45,758 nt of DNA from positions 1-45,758 of the forward strand of contig CANEVG010000001.1 in the NCBI GenBank assembly GCA_947442095.1, in the 5' to 3' direction. This document shows, piece by piece, positions 29,506 through 38,273 of the stretch. Position 1 is the first letter of the stretch. Every line of letters starts with the position of its first letter. The notes under the pieces were generated by a model. That model made no database searches. It was not told where the DNA came from and saw only the letters and a program-made list of their open reading frames with translations. The position numbers and the translations under genes were made by a program. This stretch comes from Sphingomonadaceae bacterium. GTDB lineage: Bacteria; Pseudomonadota; Alphaproteobacteria; Sphingomonadales; Sphingomonadaceae.

Positions 29506-29586
29506 GTTCTCTCATGGCCTTTCCCCTTCGGAGCGAGGGGAACATGGCCTTGCAAGCCCCGCACCGCTGAGGCTAAGGCAGTGCCC

Positions 29587-30177
29587 ATGGAACCTGTCAC
29601 CACCATTGATGGCCGCGCCATCCCGTTCGGCCGCAAGAACATCGATACCGATGTCATCATCTCCGCCGAATGGCTGAAGACCATCAGCCGCGAAGGGCTG
29701 GGGCGCGGCGCCTTCCAAGTGCTGCGGAAGGAGCCGGACAATCTGTTCGATCGCGCCGAGTTCAAGGGCGCGCCTGCGCTCATCGCGGGTGACAACTTCG
29801 GCTGTGGCTCCAGCCGTGAACACGCCGCCTGGGCGCTGCTTGACATGGGCATCAAGGCCGTCATCGCGCCCTCGTTCTCCGACATTTTCTCAAGCAATGC
29901 CTTCAAGAACGGGATTCTCACCGTCGTCCTGCCGCAGGAAGCGATCGACCGGCTGATGGAAGTGGCGGCAACTGACCCGGTCCACATCGACCTCGAAACC
30001 CAGACGATCACGACCCCGTTCCAGGACCGCTTCGAGTTCGAGATCGATCCGTTCCGCAAGCACTGCCTGATGAGTGGCCTGGATGAAGTCGGCCTCACCA
30101 TGGCGCGCGGTGATGCCATCGCCGCGTTCGAAAGCGTCGCCAGCGCCGAGCGCCCCTTCCTCGCGCATCCGGCTTAA
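29587..30177 (+). CDS. leuD: 3-isopropylmalate dehydratase small subunit
   Basis: [44 protein letters not shown]. Confidence 0.96.
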   Translation: MEPVTTIDGRAIPFGRKNIDTDVIISAEWLKTISREGLGRGAFQVLRKEPDNLFDRAEFKGAPALIAGDNFGCGSSREHAAWALLDMGIKAVIAPSFSDIFSSNAFKNGILTVVLPQEAIDRLMEVAATDPVHIDLETQTITTPFQDRFEFEIDPFRKHCLMSGLDEVGLTMARGDAIAAFESVASAERPFLAHPA

Positions 30178-30253
30178 CCAGCCGATTAAAAACCGCTTCC
30201 CAAGCCTGCCAAAACATGGCTCAAAAGTGGCAACCAGAACACCGGAGAGACCC

Positions 30254-31252
30254 ATGATAACCCTGCGCACCCACGATGTCGGCGGCCCTGAAACCCTCAC
30301 GCTCGACGAGATCGCCGATCCCGTCGCCGCGCCCGGCCAGGTCGTCGTCGCGATCAAGGTCTGCGCGATCAACTTCCCCGATACCCTGATGATCCGCGAC
30401 ATGTACCAGTTCAAGCCGCAGCGCCCTTATGCGCCCGGCGGCGAATTTGCCGGTGTGATCGAAAGCGTGGGTGAGGGCGTGACCGGCTGGAAGGCCGGAG
30501 ACCGCGTCATCGGCATGTGCGGCAACGGCGGCCTTGCGCAGAAGGTTGCGCTTGAGGCGCACCGGCTGTTTCCGCTGCCCGAAGGCGTCTCGTTCGAGAC
30601 CGGCGCGTCGCTGCTGATGACGTATGGCACCACGATCCACGGCCTCAAGGATCGCGGCCGGATCAAGGCGGGCGAGACCATGCTCGTCCTCGGTGCCGCT
30701 GGCGGGGTCGGGATCTCGGCGATCGAGCTTGGCAAGGCTTATGGCAACCGCGTCATCGCCGCCGTCTCCAGCGAGGAAAAAGCCGCCGCCGCGCGCGAAG
30801 CGGGCGCGGACGACGTGGTGATCTATGGCCGCCCGCCGTTCGACAAGGACCAGAGCAAGGCGCTTGCCGAAGCGTTCAAGGCTGCCTGCGGGCCAAACGG
30901 GGCGGATATCGTTTATGATATCGTCGGCGGTGATTATTCCGAGCCCGCCGTGCGCGCCATCGCATGGGAAGGCCGCTTTCTCGTCGTCGGTTTCCCCGCT
31001 GGTATCGCCAAGCTGCCGCTCAATCTCACACTGCTCAAATCCTGCGATGTCTGCGGCGTGTTCTGGGGCGCATTCGTGGCACGCGAGCCCGAACGCAACG
31101 CCGCGAATGTCGCCGAGCTCTTCGCGCTGCTGAAAGAAGGCCGCATCAACCCGCGCGTCTCGGCCCGCTTTCCGCTCGAACGCGGCGGCGAAGCCATCGC
31201 CATGCTCGCCGATCGCAAGGCCGTGGGCAAAGTCGTCGTCACGATGGAGTAA
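30254..31252 (+). CDS. NADPH:quinone oxidoreductase (MDR family)
   Basis: INFPDTLM, PGGEFAG, LVLGAAGGVG, GRFLVVGF, GKVVV; GGAGA RBS. Confidence 0.9.
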   Translation: MITLRTHDVGGPETLTLDEIADPVAAPGQVVVAIKVCAINFPDTLMIRDMYQFKPQRPYAPGGEFAGVIESVGEGVTGWKAGDRVIGMCGNGGLAQKVALEAHRLFPLPEGVSFETGASLLMTYGTTIHGLKDRGRIKAGETMLVLGAAGGVGISAIELGKAYGNRVIAAVSSEEKAAAAREAGADDVVIYGRPPFDKDQSKALAEAFKAACGPNGADIVYDIVGGDYSEPAVRAIAWEGRFLVVGFPAGIAKLPLNLTLLKSCDVCGVFWGAFVAREPERNAANVAELFALLKEGRINPRVSARFPLERGGEAIAMLADRKAVGKVVVTME

Positions 31253-31262
31253 GGACACAGCA

Positions 31263-31325
31263 GATCCTCCCCATTTTTGCGAAGTGCAAAAGGGGAGGTG
31301 GCAGCCCGCAGGGCTGACGGAGGGG
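31263..31325. repeat. REP-like palindromic element
   Basis: ATCCTCCCC..GGGGAGGTGGCAGCCCGCAGGGCTGACGGAGGGG; near-identical to 36896-36943. Confidence 0.75.
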
Positions 31326-31335
31326 CAACTCACCC

Positions 31336-31755
31336 CTACCTCACCCGCGTCCACACCTGCGTCTTGCACAGCGGCCACACGATGCACCCACGCACGCTTA
31401 TCTCGTTCGCCGATTTGAGCATGGCGGTCGCCTTGTAAGTGCCGCCGTCCTCGGGGTTGTAGATCGTGCCCGTCCACGTCTTGCCCGAAGGCTTGAGGCC
31501 CCGAAACACATAGCTCCCGAGCAACGGCCGACTGCGCAACGCCGGGTTCTTGTTGTTGCGGTCGATCTGCTGGGCAGCCGGGGTGTTTGGATCGCCGCCA
31601 ACCACCTTGCCGCACAGCCCGCCGTCGCAGGTCGAAATCTCGATGAGCCCGCCCCGGTCGGGCGTGCGCCAAGTGCCATGCGCCGCGCGGTCCTGCGCCA
31701 GCGCGGGCGCTGCCGCCAGTATCACCAGCGCCATGCCCATCACCCACTTCGTCAT
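31336..31755 (-). CDS. DUF2147 domain exported protein
   Basis: GTWRT, CDGGLCGKV, DRNNKNPALRSRPLLG, GTIYNPEDGGTY, GCIVWPLCKTQVWTR. Confidence 0.88.
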   Translation of the reverse strand: MTKWVMGMALVILAAAPALAQDRAAHGTWRTPDRGGLIEISTCDGGLCGKVVGGDPNTPAAQQIDRNNKNPALRSRPLLGSYVFRGLKPSGKTWTGTIYNPEDGGTYKATAMLKSANEISVRGCIVWPLCKTQVWTRVR

Positions 31756-32438
31756 TCTGTTTCCTCTCGTCCGCCATAGGCCGGTAGCGCCAGCCGCCAA
31801 TGGATTGCCGCGCCGCGCAGGCCAAACCCTGCTAGCGCCGAAACCGGCCAGACTAGCGCGTTGGCCAGCCCAAGCCCGTGTCCCAGCGCGCATATTGCAG
31901 AGGCCAGGGCGGCGGGCGTCACATACAATTCGGGCCGCATGATGATCGAGGGCCGCCCGGCGATCACATCGCGGATCACGCCGCCCACGCAGCCCGTGAT
32001 CACCCCCATCAGCGCCGCCGGCACAGGCGCCACGCCAAAGGCGAGCGCCTTGGCCGTGCCCAGCATGGCATAGGCGCCCAGCACCGCCGCGTCCGCCCAT
32101 TCCAGCGTTCCGCCGCCCTGTGTAGCACCCTGCCACCAGCGCTCCGGCGTGAACCACACCATCAGCGCCACGCCCAGGCAGATCGGCGCGGTCCACGCAT
32201 CGCGCACCCAGAAGACCGGCGCACCGATCAGCAGATCGCGCACCGATCCGCCGCCCACCCCGGTCACCACGGCAAAAAACCCCATGGTCACAAAGGTCTG
32301 GCGCATTCGCGCGGCCAGCAGCGCGCCGCTCAGCGCGCCAATAGCAATGCCGATGGGGTCGAGCGCGCTGATCAGCGCAAAGACATCCGCTGCGGGCAAG
32401 CGCGGCGGCGCGGGGAGTTGAAGGGCAAGTGCGGGCAT
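31752..32438 (-). CDS. Trimeric intracellular cation channel (UPF0126) family membrane protein
   Basis: ALSGAL, TGVGGGSVRDLL, GCVGGVIRDV, ELYVTPA duplicated halves. Confidence 0.88.
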   Translation of the reverse strand: MPALALQLPAPPRLPAADVFALISALDPIGIAIGALSGALLAARMRQTFVTMGFFAVVTGVGGGSVRDLLIGAPVFWVRDAWTAPICLGVALMVWFTPERWWQGATQGGGTLEWADAAVLGAYAMLGTAKALAFGVAPVPAALMGVITGCVGGVIRDVIAGRPSIIMRPELYVTPAALASAICALGHGLGLANALVWPVSALAGFGLRGAAIHWRLALPAYGGREETE

Positions 32439-32524
32439 CGCTCCTCCCTTAGGGCGAAAGTAACCTGCCGGCGACTATCAAGTCGTATTCAAGGCATCTT
32501 GCGCGAACAGGCGGTCCCGGTCCG

Positions 32525-34708
32525 GTGAAGAATCTGCTCAAAGCCTGGCCCAATGACAGAAGGGACAGGCGCGCCGGGCATGAACCGCCGCTTGCGGAAG
32601 ATGCTGCCCGCCGCTTGGCCCTATTCGCGGATATCGAGCGCAGCCTCTCCGGCTGGTTCTGGGCGACTGACCCCGCGGGGTGCCTCAGCTATATTTCCCC
32701 CGCCGCCTGCGAACGCTTCAGCATACCGTCGCAAGCGCTCATCGGCCAGCCGTTCAGCAGCCTGTTCGGAACCGATCCGGACAACCCCGGCGAACGCTCG
32801 GACCGGCCGCTGCAGTTTCAGATCGGCGCGCATGCCCGGGTCAACGATGTGATCGTGCGCCTTGCGCCGGCGCGCTGCGGCGTGGGCGCAAGGCCTGCAT
32901 GGTGGGCGCTTTCAGGCACGCCCAAGCTCGACGAGACCGGTGCATTTGGCGGCTATCGCGGCACCGCGCGCGATGTCACCCAGGAATACGAGCGCCGCAT
33001 CGAGGACTCGCGCCTCGCCGAATTCGATTCGCTGACGGGCCTCGCCAACCGCCACCGCATCACGCGCCGCATCGAACAGACCCTTGCCGCGTTCAAGGGC
33101 AGGCAGCGCGCCGCCACGCTGATGATGCTCGATCTCGACCGGTTTAAGCATGTGAACGACACGCTGGGCCACCCGGCCGGCGACGAGTTGCTGCGTCAGG
33201 TCTCGCAGCGCCTCCTCAAGGTCGTGGGGGACCACGGCGAGATCGGCCGGCACGGCGGCGATGAATTCCAGATTCTCCTGCCCGATCAGGAAGATCGCGG
33301 CAAACTGGGCGAGCTGGCCAACAAGATCATCGCCATCGTCTCACAGCCCTACCGCATTGATGACAACCACGTCGTGATCGGCATTTCGCTGGGTATGGCG
33401 ATCGCGCCTTACGATGGCGCCGAGCGCGAGGGCATCGTGCGCGCGGCCGATCTTGCGCTCTATGCCGCCAAGCACGGCGGTCGCGGCCAGTTCCGCTTTT
33501 ACTCGGTAGACCTCAAGGACGAGAAGGAAGAGCGTCACCTGCTGGAAGAGGCGCTGCGCGAGGCCATCGCCGCGGTCGAGACAGCCGAAGACGATTGGGA
33601 CAGGACCCAGCTCGGCCTGGTCTATCAGCCGGTTGTGCGCACCGACGATCACACGGTCGTCGGCTTCGAAGCGCTGATGCGCTGGGAGCATCCCCAGCGC
33701 GGGGCGATCGGGCCGGCGGTGTTCATCCCGGTCGCGGAAGATACCGGCATGATCCTCCAGCTTGGCGCATGGGCGCTGCGCCGTGCCTGCGCCGATGCCG
33801 CCGCCTGGGCGCACCCCTTGCGCATCGCGATCAATGTCTCGGCCATCCAGTTCGCCCATCCGGATTTCCCGGGTGTCGTTGCTGATGCCCTGGCGGAGAC
33901 CGGCCTCGATCCTGACCGGCTCGAACTCGAACTGACCGAATCGGTTTTCATGGGCGAGGCCGAGGCAACCGACAATGCGTTCAAGGCGCTGAAGCAACTG
34001 GGCGTGCGCCTTGCGCTTGATGATTTCGGCACGGGCTATTCCTCGCTCAGCTATCTGCGCGCTGCGCCGTTCGACAAGCTCAAGGTCGATCGCAGCTTCG
34101 TGGATTCCTGCACGCTCAGCGATCAGAACAGCGCGAAGATCATCGCCGCGATCATCGGCCTCGCCGATGCGCTCGGCATGGAGACCACGGTCGAGGGCGT
34201 GGAGGCGTTTGACCAGCACGATCTGGTCTGCGCCAAGGGCGCACGCTTCATTCAGGGCTTTCTCTATTCGCCGCCGCTCGAACAGGCGGTGGTTCTCGCC
34301 CAGATGCAGAGCGAGGCGCTGCGCATCCAGCCCCATGGACCCCAGCGCCACCGCCCCGAACGCCGCTCGGTCTTTCGCCGCATCGGCGTGATCCATGCCG
34401 ATCACCGCTATGAGGCGCTGCTGCGCAATCTTTCGGCAACCGGTGCGCGGATCGAAGGCCTTGTCGGCGTCCCCGTCGGCACGGGCCTGGTGCTCGATCT
34501 CGGCGCGGGTCAGCTCGCCGTGGTCACCGTTTCGCGCTCGGAAGACGCGGTCATCGGCGTAGAATTCGAAACACCCCTGGTCAGCGACGGCGCCGGCGGT
34601 CTCGTCACCCGCCACCGCGCCTCGGCTTATGCGCTCGCCGCCGCCGCGCGCATGGTCTCGGCCAGCACGCCCCAGTTCCTCGAAGTCGAAGTGCGCAAAC
34701 GCGCCTAA
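32525..34708 (+). CDS. PAS-GGDEF-EAL-PilZ c-di-GMP signalling protein
   Basis: WFWATD PAS, DSLTGLANR..GGDEF, YQP..FEAL..DDFGTGYSSL..EGVE, C-terminal RPERR..NLSATGA. Confidence 0.92.
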   Translation: MKNLLKAWPNDRRDRRAGHEPPLAEDAARRLALFADIERSLSGWFWATDPAGCLSYISPAACERFSIPSQALIGQPFSSLFGTDPDNPGERSDRPLQFQIGAHARVNDVIVRLAPARCGVGARPAWWALSGTPKLDETGAFGGYRGTARDVTQEYERRIEDSRLAEFDSLTGLANRHRITRRIEQTLAAFKGRQRAATLMMLDLDRFKHVNDTLGHPAGDELLRQVSQRLLKVVGDHGEIGRHGGDEFQILLPDQEDRGKLGELANKIIAIVSQPYRIDDNHVVIGISLGMAIAPYDGAEREGIVRAADLALYAAKHGGRGQFRFYSVDLKDEKEERHLLEEALREAIAAVETAEDDWDRTQLGLVYQPVVRTDDHTVVGFEALMRWEHPQRGAIGPAVFIPVAEDTGMILQLGAWALRRACADAAAWAHPLRIAINVSAIQFAHPDFPGVVADALAETGLDPDRLELELTESVFMGEAEATDNAFKALKQLGVRLALDDFGTGYSSLSYLRAAPFDKLKVDRSFVDSCTLSDQNSAKIIAAIIGLADALGMETTVEGVEAFDQHDLVCAKGARFIQGFLYSPPLEQAVVLAQMQSEALRIQPHGPQRHRPERRSVFRRIGVIHADHRYEALLRNLSATGARIEGLVGVPVGTGLVLDLGAGQLAVVTVSRSEDAVIGVEFETPLVSDGAGGLVTRHRASAYALAAAARMVSASTPQFLEVEVRKRA

Positions 34709-34771
34709 ATCCTCCCCATTTTCGTGGCACGCACAAATGGGGGGTGGCCCACCGCAGGCGGGCCGGAGGGG
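34709..34771. repeat. REP-like palindromic element
   Basis: ATCCTCCCCATTT..AAATGGGGGGTGGCCCACCGCAGGCGGGCCGGAGGGG between convergent genes. Confidence 0.7.
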
Positions 34772-34778
34772 TAAGGGT

Positions 34779-35465
34779 TCAAGCAGAACGCTTTGAGACA
34801 CCCGCCTTCCGCCGCCGAAACAGCAGCACCGTCCCCAGCAAAGTTCCCAGAAACGCCAGCCCCGCAAACCCGATCAGCAGCGGATGATGCGTATCCTCGC
34901 GTCCCTGCAAGTCCATGATGTGCAGCCCCCACATGAAGTCGAACGCGCGCCATAATCGCGAACGCAGCGCCAGCACTTCGCCAGTTCCGGCATCTACATA
35001 GACATGCGTCCCATCGCCAAACCGCGCCTGCCAGGAAGGCCGTTCGCGCCTGAGCTCGATGGGAGCCGCATTGGCTGCAAATTGCGCCATGCTTTCCAGC
35101 TTCGCCCCGCCGCGATAGCTCGCCGCGGCAATCGCCTGCGCCTCGGCCTGATCCACAAGGGGCAGGGCCAGTCCGCTGCGCGCATCAAACCGACGCAAAG
35201 CGCCATCTGCTGCCGTGGCAACCCAAACCTGCCGCCCGGCCTCGTCCACCAATATCAGCTGGGTCACCGGCCCGGCTTTTGGCACCGCTAGCCCGGCCAG
35301 CGCCATCGGCTTTGGCTCCGTACGCAACTGCCCGCCGCGCACTTGTTCGATGGGCCATGAAACCATGAATAGGCCGCTTGCTGTCCACAGCAGCAACGGC
35401 ACGCCGATCAGCCAGCCGAGCCATATGTGCCAGCGGGCAAGTCGGCGCATCATATGCATCATCAC
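34779..35465 (-). CDS. PepSY-associated TM domain protein
   Basis: WHIWLGW..LLWTASGL, YVDAGTGEV, FDFMWGLHIMD; overlaps the lpdA stop. Confidence 0.85.
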   Translation of the reverse strand: MMMHMMRRLARWHIWLGWLIGVPLLLWTASGLFMVSWPIEQVRGGQLRTEPKPMALAGLAVPKAGPVTQLILVDEAGRQVWVATAADGALRRFDARSGLALPLVDQAEAQAIAAASYRGGAKLESMAQFAANAAPIELRRERPSWQARFGDGTHVYVDAGTGEVLALRSRLWRAFDFMWGLHIMDLQGREDTHHPLLIGFAGLAFLGTLLGTVLLFRRRKAGVSKRSA

Positions 35466-36877
35466 ATGTGAATCGGCTTGCCCATCACTGCCATCGCCGC
35501 TTCCTTCAGCGCCTCGGCATGCGTCGGGTGCGCATGGCAGGTGTAAGCAATGTCCTCGGACGTCGCGCCAAACTCCATCGCTAGCGCGGCTTCAGCAATC
35601 ATCGATCCGGCCACGCTCGCAATGCACCACACGCCCAGGACACGGTCAGTCTTCGCGTCCGCAATCACCTTAACGAAACCGTCGGGCTCATGATTGGTCT
35701 TGGCGCGGCTGTTCGCCAGCATCGGGAACTTGCCGACCTTGATCGCCGTCTTGTCGCCATCCGCTGCGACCAGCGCCGCTTCCTCGGTGAGCCCCACGCC
35801 CGCAAATTCAGGGAAGGTATAGACTACGCCCGGGATCACGGCATGGTTCACGATACCGGTCAGCCCCGCGATGTTCTCGGCCACGGCAATGCCCTCGTCC
35901 TCGGCCTTGTGCGCGAGCATCGGACCCGGAATCACATCGCCCACAGCCCACACGCCCGGAACGCTGGTGCGGAAATCATGGTCCGTCTCGATCTGCCCGC
36001 GCTTGTTCACGTCCAGGCCGATCTTCTCGAGCCCCAGCCCATCCACAAACGGACGGCGGCCGATGGCCACCAGCACGCAGTCCGCTTCCAGCGTTTCCGA
36101 AGTGCCACCCGCTGAGGGCTCCAGCGTCAAAGTCGCGGTCTTGCCCCTCACGGCCACGCCCGTCACCTTGGTGGAAAGCCGCAGTTCCATGCCCTGCTTC
36201 TTGAAGATCTTGGCGGCTTCCTTGCGCACGTCGCCGTCCATGCCGGGCAGCAGCTGGTCGAGGAATTCCACGACCGTCACTTTGGCCCCCAGCCGCCGCC
36301 AGACCGAACCCAACTCCAGCCCGATCACCCCGCCGCCGATCACCACCATGTGGTTCGGCACGCGGTCCAAAGCCAGCGCGCCAGTTGAATCGACCACAAT
36401 ACCCGCGTCGTTGTCCACCACCACACCCGGCAGCGGCGTCACGCTCGAACCCGTCGCGATCACCACGTTCTTGGCGGTCACCTTCTGGCCCGCCACGACA
36501 ACCGTGTGCGCATCCTCGAACGCGGCATAGCCTTTCAGCCAGCTCACCTTGTTCTTTTTGAACAGGAACTCGATCCCGCCCGTCAGCTGCCTGACCGAAT
36601 CCAGCTTTTGCGCCTGCATCGCCTCCAGATCGAGCGTCACCGGCCCGGTCTTGATCCCGTAATGCGCAAAGGTCCCGTCCGCCGCTTCGGCAAACTTTTC
36701 CGAACCATGCAGCAAGGCCTTGGAAGGAATGCACCCGACATTGAGGCAGGTGCCGCCCAGCGTCTCGCGGCCATCGGCGCACGCGGTCTTAAGCCCCAGC
36801 TGCGCCGCGCGGATCGCCGCGACATAGCCGCCCGGGCCGGCACCGATGACAAGAACGTCGTAGTCGTATTCAGCCAT
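35462..36877 (-). CDS. lpdA: Dihydrolipoyl dehydrogenase (E3)
   Basis: GAGPGGY, GGTCLNVGCIPSK, GGGVIGLE, HAHPTHAE. Confidence 0.97.
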   Translation of the reverse strand: MAEYDYDVLVIGAGPGGYVAAIRAAQLGLKTACADGRETLGGTCLNVGCIPSKALLHGSEKFAEAADGTFAHYGIKTGPVTLDLEAMQAQKLDSVRQLTGGIEFLFKKNKVSWLKGYAAFEDAHTVVVAGQKVTAKNVVIATGSSVTPLPGVVVDNDAGIVVDSTGALALDRVPNHMVVIGGGVIGLELGSVWRRLGAKVTVVEFLDQLLPGMDGDVRKEAAKIFKKQGMELRLSTKVTGVAVRGKTATLTLEPSAGGTSETLEADCVLVAIGRRPFVDGLGLEKIGLDVNKRGQIETDHDFRTSVPGVWAVGDVIPGPMLAHKAEDEGIAVAENIAGLTGIVNHAVIPGVVYTFPEFAGVGLTEEAALVAADGDKTAIKVGKFPMLANSRAKTNHEPDGFVKVIADAKTDRVLGVWCIASVAGSMIAEAALAMEFGATSEDIAYTCHAHPTHAEALKEAAMAVMGKPIHM

Positions 36878-36895
36878 GGCCAGGCTCCTAAGTGT

Positions 36896-37007
36896 ATCCT
36901 CCCCTGGAAGGGGAGGTGGCAGCCCGCAGGGCTGGCGGAGGGGTAGCACAGCAGTGCCGCACCGCTCCACCGCCTGCGGCGGTCCCCCTCCCCTCACAGG
37001 GAAGGAT
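36896..37007. repeat. Two-armed REP-like element between sucB and lpdA
   Basis: ATCCTCCCCTGGAAGGGGAGGTGGCAGCCCGCAGGGCTGGCGGAGGGGT ... ACCGCTCCACCGCCTGCGGCGGTCCCCCTCCCCTCACAGGGAAGGAT (inverted pair). Confidence 0.8.
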
Positions 37008-37012
37008 CGAGA

Positions 37013-38230
37013 TCACAGATCGATCAGCAGCCGCGTCGGATCCTCGATCGCTTCCTTGATCGTCTTCAGCGCCGTCACCGCCTCGCGCCCGTCGATCAGT
37101 CTGTGATCATATGAAAGCGCGATATACATCATCGGCCGCACCACAATTTGCCCATCGCGCACCACCGGCCGGTCTTCGATCCGGTGGAGACCCAGCACGG
37201 CGGACTGCGGCGGGTTGATGATCGGGGTGGACATGAGCCCGCCGAACACGCCACCGTTAGAAATCGTGAAAGTGCCGCCGGCCATGTCCGCCATCGTCAG
37301 CGTGCCGTCGCGTGCCTTCTTGCCAAACGCGGCAATCGCCTTTTCGATCCCGGCGAAGGACAGGCTGTCCACATCGCGCACAACCGGCACTACGAGGCCA
37401 TTGGGCGCGGAGACCGCGACGGAAAGATCAACGTAATCGTGGTAGACGATCTCGTCGCCCTCGATCCGAGCGTTGACCGAAGGAATATCCTTCAGCGCCA
37501 GGCACGCGGCCTTGGCGAAGAAGCTCATGAAGCCCAGCTTCACGCCGTGCTTCTTCTCGAACACGTCCTTGTACTTGTCGCGCGCGACCATCACCGCGCC
37601 CATGTCGCAATCGTTGAACGTGGTGAGTAGCGCGGCGGTGTCCTGCGCGGACTTCAGCCGCTTGGCGATCGTCTGGCGCAGGCGGGTCATCTTGACGCGC
37701 TCCTCGCGGCGGCCATCCGAGAACACGGCCACAGCTGCCGCAACCGGGGCAGGCGCAGCCCCGACCGGGGCAGGGGCGGCCTGCTTGGCGACAGCTGCCG
37801 CCAGCACGTCTTCCTTGGTCAGGCGGCCATCCTTGCCGGTCCCGCGCACCGTCGCCGGGTCGATCCCATGCTCCAGCACCGCGCGCCGCACCGCCGGGGA
37901 AAGCGCCGCTGGATCGTCCGCCGCCGCAGCAGCAGCCGCGGGAGCGGCTGCCGGAGCAGGAGCCGCCGCCGGGGCAGGTGCAGTCGCCACACCGCTCGTC
38001 TCGATCATCCCCAGGAGCGCACCCACCGCCACGGTCTCACCCTCGGCGACAACATGCGCCCCCATGATCCCGGCCGCCGGCGCGCCGACTTCCACCGCGA
38101 CTTTGTCGGTCTCGAGGCTGGCAATCGGCTCGTCCAGCGCCACCGCCTCGCCCGGCTGCTTGAGCCACTGGCCGACCGTCGCTTCGCTGACGCTCTCGCC
38201 CAGCACGGGCACTTTCACTTCGATGGACAT
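37013..38230 (-). CDS. sucB: 2-oxoglutarate dehydrogenase E2 (dihydrolipoyllysine succinyltransferase)
   Basis: LETDKV lipoyl motif, [21 protein letters not shown]. Confidence 0.97.
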   Translation of the reverse strand: MSIEVKVPVLGESVSEATVGQWLKQPGEAVALDEPIASLETDKVAVEVGAPAAGIMGAHVVAEGETVAVGALLGMIETSGVATAPAPAAAPAPAAAPAAAAAAADDPAALSPAVRRAVLEHGIDPATVRGTGKDGRLTKEDVLAAAVAKQAAPAPVGAAPAPVAAAVAVFSDGRREERVKMTRLRQTIAKRLKSAQDTAALLTTFNDCDMGAVMVARDKYKDVFEKKHGVKLGFMSFFAKAACLALKDIPSVNARIEGDEIVYHDYVDLSVAVSAPNGLVVPVVRDVDSLSFAGIEKAIAAFGKKARDGTLTMADMAGGTFTISNGGVFGGLMSTPIINPPQSAVLGLHRIEDRPVVRDGQIVVRPMMYIALSYDHRLIDGREAVTALKTIKEAIEDPTRLLIDL

Positions 38231-38273
38231 GTCAGGAATCTCTCAAATCAAAAGGAAGCTGGTCAAGAAAGGG

